A stretch of 64,000 bases of DNA from a virus, in the IMG/VR virus record IMGVR_UViG_3300027541_000218, positions 1-64,000 of that record; one strand, given 5' to 3'. Position numbers and translations under genes: made by a program. Within the stretch, counting starts at the first letter, position 1; each line of letters starts with the position of its first letter. A model generated the notes under the pieces. The model did no database searches. It saw only the letters and a program-made list of their open reading frames with translations, and had not been told where the DNA came from. Below, one piece after another: positions 24,380 through 33,509 of the stretch.

Positions 24380-24547
24380 TTAAGATTTAGTTTTTGTTAT
24401 TTTTGTTGCAGGCACTGGTTCTGCTTGGCTGATCATAAGTTTATTAAACCTGATCTGTGTTTGTAGCAATTGAAATTCTGTATCAGATGCTTTCTGACGA
24501 TAAAAATTAACTAATTGCTTTAGTTCCTCTACCCCAAGTTCTTCCAT
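24380..24547 (-). CDS. small coiled-coil hypothetical protein (55 aa)
   Basis: MEDLGVEELKQLVNFYRQKASD...; hand-translated. Confidence 0.55.
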   Translation of the reverse strand: MEELGVEELKQLVNFYRQKASDTEFQLLQTQIRFNKLMISQAEPVPATKITKTKS

Positions 24548-24550
24548 GAC

Positions 24551-25021
24551 TTACCCCCTTTTTGGACTAAATGCGCTACCTTCCCAGACTTTCTGAGACT
24601 TTTTCTTTTCACGCTCTACAATTGCACGAGACCAAGAGAATCCTGCGTCTCCACCCCATGCATCCCACATAATTCTTCCATTAGATGGATTACTATTATT
24701 ATAGAAGTCTTTTCCTTTTTTGTCAACTTCATGACGAGAAAAGAAAGAATACATGCGCTTAACTGTATCTAATGATAATGCACGACCAGCGACAATATCT
24801 GTTGCACGACCCCAACCTACTGGAGTTCCCGCACCTGTTGCTTTACCTTCTTCTTTCCAGCGCAAAGCACGACGTGCTGCTGCTTTCATACCAGAAGTTG
24901 GTGTGTATGTTTCTGCTTTGTACATATCTGAAGGCTGAATAATTTTACTTTTCATTTTTCTTATACTCTCCATATTTACCAAGAATTGATTTAACTGTTC
25001 CATTCTTATTAAGTCTAACAA
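24551..25021 (-). CDS. conserved phage protein (possibly virion-associated)
   Basis: AARRAL.W...GTPVG..RA...SLDTVKRMYSFFSRH...IMWDAWGGDAG; true start likely near 24956. Confidence 0.65.
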   Translation of the reverse strand: MLDLIRMEQLNQFLVNMESIRKMKSKIIQPSDMYKAETYTPTSGMKAAARRALRWKEEGKATGAGTPVGWGRATDIVAGRALSLDTVKRMYSFFSRHEVDKKGKDFYNNSNPSNGRIMWDAWGGDAGFSWSRAIVEREKKKSQKVWEGSAFSPKRG

Positions 25022-25084
25022 TCATGCCATTTTTAATTTGAATGGGGTTAAAAGGATGTTTTGTTTTATATTTGCCAGAAGACA

Positions 25085-26302
25085 TTATTTTACAAATGGA
25101 TTTAGATCAAAAATTGATCCAGACCAATCTCCCATACCCTTTGTTGCTTTATTACGCCAATCTTCAGGAAGCATATCCATTGCATTTAGTGCACGTGCAC
25201 GACGAATAATATGTGCTCTTGCAGCACCATAATCTTTTGCACGTCCAACAGAACGAATTGCATTCATAAGATCTGCACGATTTCCAATTGGGAAAGAACC
25301 ATCAGGCATTGCTGTTCCAGCCTCTGCCATTCTTTCACGTTGTCCTCCAGAGAATTCTCTCTTGTCCATGTCAACTCCTTTGTATGTACCACCACGACGT
25401 TTGTATTCTTGAACTACCCAGCCATTTGCAACTGCAGAAGGATAAACGTCAAATTTATCTTTTGCTGCTTGCACAACTGAAGCATATAGTCTTGGATTTG
25501 CTGGTGTTGAACCACTTCTGCGTGGCTTAATCATATCTTCATAGTTAGGTTTAGCAGCCAATTCTATATCTGCACTATCTTGTCTATCTAATTCAGCATC
25601 TTGATATGGTGCATTAGCCATCTGCGCTTTATTTACAGGCACACAGTTAGGAACCATTCTTCCATCTTTTTCTTTCATGCCTCTTTGCTCATATCCTACC
25701 CAACAGGCTTTTGTCATATTATCCCATTTATCTTCATCTTCATTGTCGGATTGATAAGATTTGCCAATTGAATTATCATAAGCATCCATTGAAGACTGCA
25801 TTGTTTCTTCTGGAGAAGAACTTGAAGACATTTCTTCAACAACGTCTCTTGATACCATTAATGATTCAATTTTTACTACTTCAGATGCTCTGTGTGCATG
25901 AATATCTTCAGTTGCTTCCCAAGCACCGTCTTCTTCTTCAAAAATACGAATAGATAATACTGGATCTTCTGGCGTTGCTTCCATTGCATATTCTGAACCT
26001 GTTAGTCCATAAGTACCTTCAGTCATTACAAACTCTACTTGACCAACTTTAATTTCATCTTCTTCGCAAAGAAACATAACATAATCACCTTCAGTGACCA
26101 TTGCTTTTTCTACACCATTTATAAATTTTTTAGCCGTACTTGCCCAAATAGCACGAGCCTGTGCTTGAGCCTTAGCCTTAGTTGGATGGCATCCATGTAC
26201 TGTGCCGTCAGCACTTACAGTTGGAAATCCTGCACAACCATAAGATCCTTTTTTACCAGCACGGTACCCGCCTGCTGGCTTTCCTTTACCACCTACTGGC
26301 AT
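25085..26302 (-). CDS. mosaic multi-motif phage protein
   Basis: GCHPTK, CWVGYEQRGMK...VPNCV, YPSA.ANGW.VQEYKRRGG and AMPDGSFPI modules; AGGAGG RBS. Confidence 0.75.
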   Translation of the reverse strand: MPVGGKGKPAGGYRAGKKGSYGCAGFPTVSADGTVHGCHPTKAKAQAQARAIWASTAKKFINGVEKAMVTEGDYVMFLCEEDEIKVGQVEFVMTEGTYGLTGSEYAMEATPEDPVLSIRIFEEEDGAWEATEDIHAHRASEVVKIESLMVSRDVVEEMSSSSSPEETMQSSMDAYDNSIGKSYQSDNEDEDKWDNMTKACWVGYEQRGMKEKDGRMVPNCVPVNKAQMANAPYQDAELDRQDSADIELAAKPNYEDMIKPRRSGSTPANPRLYASVVQAAKDKFDVYPSAVANGWVVQEYKRRGGTYKGVDMDKREFSGGQRERMAEAGTAMPDGSFPIGNRADLMNAIRSVGRAKDYGAARAHIIRRARALNAMDMLPEDWRNKATKGMGDWSGSIFDLNPFVK

Positions 26303-26331
26303 ATAATCCTCCTAGATATACATAGATTATA

Positions 26332-26715
26332 TCAGAAGTTTCGCCTCTTCATGAGGCGCTTCATTTCATCCAAAGCCCAGCGGTGATCCTGAGATAATTT
26401 AGCCACTTCATTTTTATCAAATGCTTTATCTGTTAGGGTAACTATAGGCTCATCAGATAACAAATCTACATTTACAAACCCTTTTTCCCACATAGTCATT
26501 ATCTCAGAATTAACGTGGTTTAAATGCTCCCTATATAATTCTGGCATTATGTCCTTTATTTTAGGAGTAAATCCATACAGAAGTTCTCCTGTTGTTGAAT
26601 CTACCCCAACAACTTCAAGAGCCTTATTTAAGATAAGATAGTCTATAGCATTTTGATCTTCTGGTATCATATTTTTCCCATCAGGATTGAATATCAGTTT
26701 CAGTATTTTTTTCAT
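26332..26715 (-). CDS. hypothetical protein
   Basis: 127-aa ORF. Confidence 0.6.
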   Translation of the reverse strand: MKKILKLIFNPDGKNMIPEDQNAIDYLILNKALEVVGVDSTTGELLYGFTPKIKDIMPELYREHLNHVNSEIMTMWEKGFVNVDLLSDEPIVTLTDKAFDKNEVAKLSQDHRWALDEMKRLMKRRNF

Positions 26716-26965
26716 AATTAATTAGATCCACCAACTGCTCTCTTGTTTTTCCACCTATTTCTCTTTTTATTTCTATTCCATCATCAAATAAAATAAAAGT
26801 TGGAACAGATTTAATGTTAAAATTTGCTACAAGTTCTGGATTATAATCTACATCTATAATTTGAAAACCAGCAACTGTTTGATCACGATTTAACTCTTCA
26901 ACAATTGGTCTTGTACGCTTGCATGGTTGGCACCATTCGGCGGTAAAATAATAAATCGTTTTCAT
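26681..26965 (-). CDS. thioredoxin
   Basis: FTAEWCQPCK, IKSVPTFILF. Confidence 0.9.
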   Translation of the reverse strand: MKTIYYFTAEWCQPCKRTRPIVEELNRDQTVAGFQIIDVDYNPELVANFNIKSVPTFILFDDGIEIKREIGGKTREQLVDLINYEKNTETDIQS

Positions 26966-27369
26966 TTTCCAGACTTTGCTCTAGCCTTTTTAAGTACATC
27001 AAAGTCTTTAATTTTTGTTTCGCCAAGATATCCCCAAGCATATCCATCATTAATCATCTTATTATTTAATGATTCAGACTCTCCGTTTACATATACCCAG
27101 CCAAGAATACGACCATACTTTTCAGATGAGTCCATCTTTTCTGTACGAATAACTACAGACTTTGCATCTTTTAAATGCTTCTTTAAATATTCTTTTGCTT
27201 CTAAACCTAAAGCCTTCTCTGCTTTGTCTGTTGTACGAGATTCTGGCGTATCAATACCAGCAAGTCTTACACGAGACGCAAACATAATATCAAACCCTAA
27301 ATCAATAATAACGTCAATGGTGTCTCCATCAACAACATTTTTTACTTCTCTTACAAAATACTCATACAT
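26962..27369 (-). CDS. thermonuclease (SNase-like)
   Basis: VVDGDTID, RVRLAGIDTPE, KYGRILG. Confidence 0.9.
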   Translation of the reverse strand: MYEYFVREVKNVVDGDTIDVIIDLGFDIMFASRVRLAGIDTPESRTTDKAEKALGLEAKEYLKKHLKDAKSVVIRTEKMDSSEKYGRILGWVYVNGESESLNNKMINDGYAWGYLGETKIKDFDVLKKARAKSGK

Positions 27370-27629
27370 TAGTTAGCACTTCCTATCAGTCTATTTTCTA
27401 TCAATCGTTCACGCTCATCTATAATTTCAAGCATAAAAGCCATCATCTTGGTATAAGAGTTTGGATCATTCATAATTTTTTCATAATGATGACCACAAAA
27501 AAGAAGATCACCAGTAGAACCTTTGACTTGAACATATGCCTGTGCCCCACATCTATCACAGCGATCTATAGCCTTTAAAATATATTCTTTTGGCTTTACA
27601 CTTGGATGATCTTCTACTATGTTTGTCAT
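27369..27629 (-). CDS. Zn-binding hypothetical protein (actinobacterial type)
   Basis: DRCDRCGAQAY...LLFCGHH; leaderless start at 27629. Confidence 0.7.
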   Translation of the reverse strand: MTNIVEDHPSVKPKEYILKAIDRCDRCGAQAYVQVKGSTGDLLFCGHHYEKIMNDPNSYTKMMAFMLEIIDERERLIENRLIGSAN

Positions 27630-27644
27630 AATTTGATTATACAT

Positions 27645-27818
27645 CTACTTTCTATTATCTGTTGAATAAAACCCTGAACCATTAAATAAAACGCCAGGAG
27701 ATGACCACTGTCTTTGCATTGTATTTCCACAGCAAACTGGTTCTCTATCTTCACCAAAACCACGCTGAAATTCAATGCTAGAAGAACACTGCAAACACTT
27801 ATAATCGTATACTGGCAT
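27645..27818 (-). CDS. FmdB-family zinc-ribbon protein
   Basis: MPVYDYKCLQC...FNGSGFYSTD; hand-translated. Confidence 0.8.
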   Translation of the reverse strand: MPVYDYKCLQCSSSIEFQRGFGEDREPVCCGNTMQRQWSSPGVLFNGSGFYSTDNRK

Positions 27819-27832
27819 AACTTAAGTATACC

Positions 27833-28108
27833 TTATGCTGTCTTAGTTGTCAATCTAGCATATGTACGTATTCTATGACAATTGGCACATACAACTTCAC
27901 ACTTTTGTACTTCTTTCATGATTGCCTTCCACGAAAAACCGTCATGAATCATTCTAGAAACATTATATTTTTTATCTCTAACATGATCAAAATCAAGAAC
28001 TATATGATTATTTTCTCCGCAGTCAACACATCCGCTGGCTTGCTTTATCTCTACCAGCCTTTTTTTGTATTGCTGTTTTTGTCTATGTACTAATTCTTTT
28101 TCAGTCAT
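27833..28108 (-). CDS. HNH endonuclease
   Basis: CVDCG...LDFDHV...KCEVVCANCHRIRT. Confidence 0.85.
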   Translation of the reverse strand: MTEKELVHRQKQQYKKRLVEIKQASGCVDCGENNHIVLDFDHVRDKKYNVSRMIHDGFSWKAIMKEVQKCEVVCANCHRIRTYARLTTKTA

Positions 28109-28136
28109 AGCACTTAATATTATATCAAAATATACA

Positions 28137-28218
28137 AGCCCCACACAGGGAAATCCAGGCACAATAGCCACGGAATATAAAGTAGGTAACTAATCCACCC
28201 TAAGTCCTGTGTGGGGTT
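28137..28218. ncRNA. candidate structured RNA or long-stem element
   Basis: CCCCACACAGG / CCTGTGTGGGG 11-bp stem enclosing two small hairpins; intergenic. Confidence 0.4.
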
Positions 28219-28231
28219 CTACTATTGTATA

Positions 28232-28663
28232 TTACTTTTTAGCAACTTTGATTGCAATTTCCTTTGGCTTTTTTTCTTCTGGAACAATGCGATCAATGTC
28301 AATATGAAGCATTCCATCTTTCATCTCTGCCCCAGTTACTTCCATATATTCACCAAGAGCAAATGTGCGGGTAAACTTTCGTGTTGCAATACCCTTATGA
28401 ATTGCTTCGCCTTCAGTTTCTGTAGTAATTTCACCCTTTACAATAAGAGTTCCATCTTCAACAGTTACCTTTACATCATCTTTTGTAAAGCCAGCAACTG
28501 CTACAGACAACTTATAGGTATCTTCATCAACCTTAATTAAATCATAAGGTGGATAAGATTGACGTGTTGCTACGTTATGTACTGTATTAAAACGGTCCAA
28601 CTCACGGTTGAAACCAATAAAAAATGGATCCTTAAAAAGATCCAATGTAAATGAACTTACCAT
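28232..28663 (-). CDS. small heat-shock protein (Hsp20/IbpA-like)
   Basis: YPPYD, AVAGF, HKGIATRKFTRTFAL, A...DGML.I, PEEKKPK.I; AAGGAG RBS. Confidence 0.92.
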   Translation of the reverse strand: MVSSFTLDLFKDPFFIGFNRELDRFNTVHNVATRQSYPPYDLIKVDEDTYKLSVAVAGFTKDDVKVTVEDGTLIVKGEITTETEGEAIHKGIATRKFTRTFALGEYMEVTGAEMKDGMLHIDIDRIVPEEKKPKEIAIKVAKK

Positions 28664-28729
28664 TTTGTTCTCCTTTTCAGCGAGTAAGTAGTGCACCCCC
28701 ATTTGGCAGGTGCACTACCTATTATACCA

Positions 28730-29548
28730 CTACCCTACATTTACTGCAAGTTGAGAAGAATTATTTTTAAGAAAATCATATGTTGGCTGATATGCTCCCT
28801 GATATGATTTAGCCCAAAATGCTGCTAGTGCTGCCGTAGCACCAGAAGTTCCAATAATACGTCTTCCAACTACATCATGGGTGCCAAGAGCATAAAAATC
28901 TAATTCTGCACCAGTATTACTATAGTTTTCAATGTTTCCACGCTCTCCAATTGCTCCAACTGCTACAGCCTCCGAGATACAGGCTGGGTAGTCTACACGA
29001 GTTTTATCATAACGATTTCCAGCAGCAAATAAAGATGCTACTCCCATTGACTGCAATGTAACAATTGTATTACGAAGATTTTGATTTACAGGACAATAGT
29101 GCCCCTTCTTTGTAAATCTATTTGATCCAAATGAAATAGATGTTGCAACAATATTAAACTTAGTTTTATTTGCAATAACCCACTTCATTGCTTCATTAAT
29201 AGTATTGTCTGTATAAATACCAAGAGTTCCACTATTTGTTGCTGGAACAATACGAATAAAAATAATATCCATATTTGGATTTACCTTTTGTGCAATAGCA
29301 GACATATGTGTACCATGCTCAAATCCATTGATTGGATTGATCATTGTTGCAGATCCAGGACCTTCCTGAAAAGTCTGCTTATTTGGGCAACGCTTTTCTT
29401 CCATAATACATACTTCATATGCAACATTTACTTTGGTTGTATCTACTGCTGTATCTAGAATTGCAATTGCTGGTTTTTGGTTTGCACTTACCGCTGGCAA
29501 AAACGCAGCAGTAAATAGAATTACTAGTAGCCCCACTACCTTTTTCAT
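28730..29548 (-). CDS. secreted subtilisin-like S8 peptidase
   Basis: Signal peptide; AILDT, HGTHM, AAGN, GTSGAT catalytic motifs. Confidence 0.85.
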   Translation of the reverse strand: MKKVVGLLVILFTAAFLPAVSANQKPAIAILDTAVDTTKVNVAYEVCIMEEKRCPNKQTFQEGPGSATMINPINGFEHGTHMSAIAQKVNPNMDIIFIRIVPATNSGTLGIYTDNTINEAMKWVIANKTKFNIVATSISFGSNRFTKKGHYCPVNQNLRNTIVTLQSMGVASLFAAGNRYDKTRVDYPACISEAVAVGAIGERGNIENYSNTGAELDFYALGTHDVVGRRIIGTSGATAALAAFWAKSYQGAYQPTYDFLKNNSSQLAVNVG

Positions 29549-29563
29549 TTTTCTCCTTTTATA

Positions 29564-29767
29564 TTAGATGAATATTCTAATAACGTGTTCGCATGGGTCG
29601 CCTCCTGCTTCCCATTCTTCTATCTCTTCTTCACTCATATACTGATATCCACCGTCATGTGTATGACAGTATGGCTCACTAATCCAACCTTTTTCAATGC
29701 CGTTAGATAGCCAAATACCAAACTCCTGTTCTTCAGGAGAAAGATTTTCTTCACTAATATGATTCAT
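29564..29767 (-). CDS. hypothetical protein
   Basis: 67 aa, CHTHDG...GGDPC; leaderless signature. Confidence 0.7.
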   Translation of the reverse strand: MNHISEENLSPEEQEFGIWLSNGIEKGWISEPYCHTHDGGYQYMSEEEIEEWEAGGDPCEHVIRIFI

Positions 29768-29782
29768 ATATAAAGTATATCC

Positions 29783-30304
29783 CTACTTGCTAAGAAAGTC
29801 AATTGGATATAAACAATGTGGACTATATAAAATAGCAGCATCTAATGCTTGAGTCAGCCTACGCTTTGGATCTTTATAGTTTTGGGTGGCATGTAAAGAA
29901 CCCATTGCGTAGGCTGAACCTGAACCTATGGCAGCAAAATTTGTGTCATAGGATATCATGGTTAAATTGGCAGATTCATGTTCATACATTCTGCCTTTAA
30001 CACATATAAGTAATGTTAAATCAGACTCTTTTTCAGCAGGCATACCCCACTTATCATAAAATAACTTAATTGATTCAAGAAATTTACCACGCATAAATTT
30101 ATCTATATTACCTTCAACTTTAGGTGGTATAAAATTATTTTGAATTATTTGACCTTCTAAGGTGCCACAATAGCCAAATAAATAATCTCCAGACTTCCAT
30201 ATTTTAGGAATGTCTGATTTCATTTGTTGTGATTCATCTACAACGGCTCTTTCTCCAGCCATATAAGACTTTCCATCTTTAATTATTGCAGCAATACAAG
30301 TCAT
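29783..30304 (-). CDS. Ntn-hydrolase (HslV / proteasome beta-like)
   Basis: N-terminal MTC, PKI, AIGSGSAYAMGSL. Confidence 0.8.
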   Translation of the reverse strand: MTCIAAIIKDGKSYMAGERAVVDESQQMKSDIPKIWKSGDYLFGYCGTLEGQIIQNNFIPPKVEGNIDKFMRGKFLESIKLFYDKWGMPAEKESDLTLLICVKGRMYEHESANLTMISYDTNFAAIGSGSAYAMGSLHATQNYKDPKRRLTQALDAAILYSPHCLYPIDFLSK

Positions 30305-30367
30305 GCCAACCCCTTAGTTTTCTTGTCTTTCTAGTATAGCAGACAGATTTTTATACGTCAAATACCG

Positions 30368-30949
30368 TTATTTTACAGTTTGTCCGCAGGTTGGGCAGGT
30401 TTTTGTATTTTTAGCAGTACTATCAGTCTTTACCTTAGCCTTAGTGTCACCTTTAAATTTTGGACGACCAAAACCTACGATAGAAATCATTTCGCCTTGT
30501 TTATTTTTTCTAAATGCACGAAGTTTTTTTGAAACCTGTCCACCATTACGCTGGCTACCCTTTTTATCTGGGCTAGTATTTCCTTCAATGCACCAAACAG
30601 TTCCGTCTTCATTATCTTTAATAACAATTCCAACGTGAGAAATTCTATCGACACCATCTGAGGGGAAATCGAAATAGGCAATATCTCCTGGTTCTGGATC
30701 TGCTAAATCTCCATCGATCCATGCTCCAGCCTTCTTAAATGCTTGTGCTCCACCTGGAGTATAAACAGTATTAGGAACTTTTACACCCGCTTCATTTGCA
30801 CACCACATAACAAACGAACCACACCATGGTTGAAAGTTTGCTTTAGTAAAAGCACCGTACTTTGTTTCGTTATCTTTTGGACCCTCAATGGTTCCTAGTT
30901 CTGCTGTAGCAACCTCAATTAAACGTGCTGCCGTACCTTGCTCTGCCAT
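30368..30949 (-). CDS. CHAP-domain endolysin/amidase
   Basis: QPWCGSFVMWC, PGDI, SHVGIV, IEGNT. Confidence 0.85.
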   Translation of the reverse strand: MAEQGTAARLIEVATAELGTIEGPKDNETKYGAFTKANFQPWCGSFVMWCANEAGVKVPNTVYTPGGAQAFKKAGAWIDGDLADPEPGDIAYFDFPSDGVDRISHVGIVIKDNEDGTVWCIEGNTSPDKKGSQRNGGQVSKKLRAFRKNKQGEMISIVGFGRPKFKGDTKAKVKTDSTAKNTKTCPTCGQTVK

Positions 30950-30951
30950 AA

Positions 30952-31362
30952 TTAATCCTTATCCCAATCTGTATCTACTGGTTGTGGCTCTGGCATCTGA
31001 CCATCTGGTTTTGCTGCAAGCCTTGCCATAGTAGCATCAATTTCTGCTTCAAGTTTTTTATCTGCTTGAGTGTTCTTTGCATCCATCTCTTTATTATCAA
31101 GTTGTGCCTTCATAATATCTTTAGCACCAGATTGACCAATCAATAGACCAGCAAGTGTTCCTGTAATAAATGTTGCAACTGATCCAAGCACGTTGAAGAA
31201 CATTTTGTCATTCTCTGACTGTGCTCCAATTGGTTGAGTTACAAACAGTAGTCCATAAAGAATTCCTACTGCTGTTAAAAATAAAATTGATCCAAGTGTA
31301 ATGCCTAGAATAAATTTTAATCTAGCATCTAGTTCTTGTGGAGTTAATCGTTCTTTGCTCAT
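30952..31362 (-). CDS. two-TM membrane protein (lysis cassette candidate)
   Basis: Two hydrophobic helices, next to the endolysin. Confidence 0.6.
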   Translation of the reverse strand: MSKERLTPQELDARLKFILGITLGSILFLTAVGILYGLLFVTQPIGAQSENDKMFFNVLGSVATFITGTLAGLLIGQSGAKDIMKAQLDNKEMDAKNTQADKKLEAEIDATMARLAAKPDGQMPEPQPVDTDWDKD

Positions 31363-31365
31363 TCT

Positions 31366-31578
31366 CTACCCTTTACTTTTTTGATATTCTTCCCATGTTG
31401 TTTTGCTAACTAGGTCTTTTGAGCATGTTCCACTTGTTTCACAAACAGGTGGATTACATTCTGCTTTATCCCAATTGGCTGAATCTTGACAAGGATAACG
31501 ATAGTGACCATCATAGCCACATCCTGTTAACAATAGCCCTAGGAGGGCTACTCCAATTATCCTGATCATACCCACCAT
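31366..31578 (-). CDS. small lipoprotein
   Basis: Lipobox LLTGC; RYPCQD...ECNPPVC. Confidence 0.7.
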   Translation of the reverse strand: MVGMIRIIGVALLGLLLTGCGYDGHYRYPCQDSANWDKAECNPPVCETSGTCSKDLVSKTTWEEYQKSKG

Positions 31579-31586
31579 TATATCAG

Positions 31587-31796
31587 TTATTCCTTTTCTT
31601 CACGAAGGGGAATTGTAACCAGCCATAGCACTATAGATACTAGTGTGGCTAATCCCACGATTTGTTGAGCAGTACCTGTAAGGGTAAGCCAAGCAATAAA
31701 AAAGCCCAAAATGGTAAATACCTGAGCAATACTTTCAATAATTGCAGCCTTAAACCATTTAAGTAGACCTTTAACTATCTTACCTATCATGTTCAT
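31587..31796 (-). CDS. two-TM membrane protein
   Basis: Hydrophobic helices. Confidence 0.65.
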   Translation of the reverse strand: MNMIGKIVKGLLKWFKAAIIESIAQVFTILGFFIAWLTLTGTAQQIVGLATLVSIVLWLVTIPLREEKE

Positions 31797-31797
31797 A

Positions 31798-33411
31798 TTA
31801 TAACCTCCTTATTGACATAACAGAACTAACTATATTTCCTACTAAAATAACAGGGACTACCACCTCTTGAACCTTTTCTCTTTGGTCATCTGTCATATCT
31901 TTACCCCATTCAGATGGGCTAAATACCTTATCAAAATCTATATTTGTTAATGTTCCTAACGGATCAGATAAAAATTGATCAGCCTGTGCTTCTGTAATAG
32001 CATCTGCTACAGTGTATGGCATTGGAGCATCTGCATTTTGTTCTGCCTTGTCAGCAAATGTTGCAATAGCAATAGCAACTGCTGGGTTATCTTTTGCTGA
32101 TTTTGCAAGAATTTCTACTTCATTTGACTTTACACCAAGATTTTTTGCAACCTCAGCCTTTGCTTCTTCTGTTAATGCCAACAATGTATTTCCAATTGCA
32201 GCCATTTGATCCGCTGTTAGTTTAACTATCTTGTTATCTTTGCTTGTAAGATTAGCAATAACTCTGCTTAAATCTTCAGTGGTACCCTCGCCTTGTTCTG
32301 GAACAAGATTTATGATAGTATCTTCTTGTGATGGTTCTTCAGAAGGTTCGTCAAGAGTTGGCTCTGGTTCAGGAGTTGAATTTAGATCTGTATCCGTTGG
32401 CTGAGGTAAAGGCTCTTGTGAAGGCTCTGGAGTTGGATCAGTCTCTTCATCTACCCCATCTGTTATATCAGGGCTTGGAGAAGGATTGGGATTTTCTGGT
32501 TCAGTTTGTTCTATATCATCAGGGAATCTTGGATCCTCTGGAGTAATTATTTCTGGCTCAATCTCTATATCTGGTTCTTGTGTTGGTTCTGGAGTTGGTT
32601 CTGGTGTTGGAATTATAACCTCTGGAGTTGGATCTGGCTCAGGCACTACAGTTGACTGAGCAGCAGCAATAGCATTTGCAATTAATGATGCAGTTACTCT
32701 AGCCTCTTCTTGAAATGCTATTTCTTCTTGAGTTGGTCCAGTTGGTGTTGGGCTAGGCTCTGGAATAGGTTCTGCAGACAAAGTTGGGATTGGTTCTCCT
32801 GCTTGTATTTGTGTAGCACCCCACTCTTCAAGAGAAACTATTTGACCACTATGAAGCCTTACTCCTGTTCTTAAGTTAGGATATTCTGGACCTTGATAAC
32901 TATAGGCTACAGAAATACCACCAGTATTTGTAATAGCAACAATAATATTAATATTACTTGGAGTAGGGGCAGACCATTGTCCAAATGGAATTACTTCTAG
33001 ATCTAATTGAAATCCGCCTTCAGAATAAGATATGTTAAGAGTGTCTGGTGCGTTATACCATCCTGAAACCCAATCCATAGAATAAAGAGATATAGATGGG
33101 GTATTTGGATACTGCCAATACGTATTGTCTGGTTGTCCAAATGTAATTACAGAATTAGTTGTTGCATAAATATTTGAGTATTGAACTCCATCAAACGTAA
33201 TTGTTGTTGCTATAGGTATTTGATAAGAGGTATCATCTCCACCGCAAGTATCCATTGTGTGTACAGTCGGAACTTCATCACCATTATACGCTGCTGCAAT
33301 AGTTTGTGATTCAATATAATTTACACAGGTTGCATATGCGTTTTCTGGAAATGTTAGCAAACCACTTAAAGCAATCCCTGCCACTGCAATTATGCGTAGG
33401 AATTTATTTAT
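31798..33411 (-). CDS. secreted / membrane-anchored surface protein with Pro-Glu-Pro-Thr linker
   Basis: Signal peptide, beta-rich N-domain, long PEPT region, C-terminal hydrophobic anchor; start placed at ATA 33411 behind AGGAG (track start is GTG 33384). Confidence 0.7.
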   Translation of the reverse strand: MNKFLRIIAVAGIALSGLLTFPENAYATCVNYIESQTIAAAYNGDEVPTVHTMDTCGGDDTSYQIPIATTITFDGVQYSNIYATTNSVITFGQPDNTYWQYPNTPSISLYSMDWVSGWYNAPDTLNISYSEGGFQLDLEVIPFGQWSAPTPSNINIIVAITNTGGISVAYSYQGPEYPNLRTGVRLHSGQIVSLEEWGATQIQAGEPIPTLSAEPIPEPSPTPTGPTQEEIAFQEEARVTASLIANAIAAAQSTVVPEPDPTPEVIIPTPEPTPEPTQEPDIEIEPEIITPEDPRFPDDIEQTEPENPNPSPSPDITDGVDEETDPTPEPSQEPLPQPTDTDLNSTPEPEPTLDEPSEEPSQEDTIINLVPEQGEGTTEDLSRVIANLTSKDNKIVKLTADQMAAIGNTLLALTEEAKAEVAKNLGVKSNEVEILAKSAKDNPAVAIAIATFADKAEQNADAPMPYTVADAITEAQADQFLSDPLGTLTNIDFDKVFSPSEWGKDMTDDQREKVQEVVVPVILVGNIVSSVMSIRRL

Positions 33412-33461
33412 GGGGGCACTCCTATTTAATTGTTTAATTATACATATTATATCATGATAAA

Positions 33462-33490
33462 AGAAAAGAGCGCAGATTTCTCTGCGCCCT
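33462..33490 (-). terminator. intrinsic terminator
   Basis: - strand AGGGCGCAG-AGAAAT-CTGCGCTCT-TTTCTTTT. Confidence 0.7.
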
Positions 33491-33509
33491 AATCTTTTTT
33501 AATTGTTAA

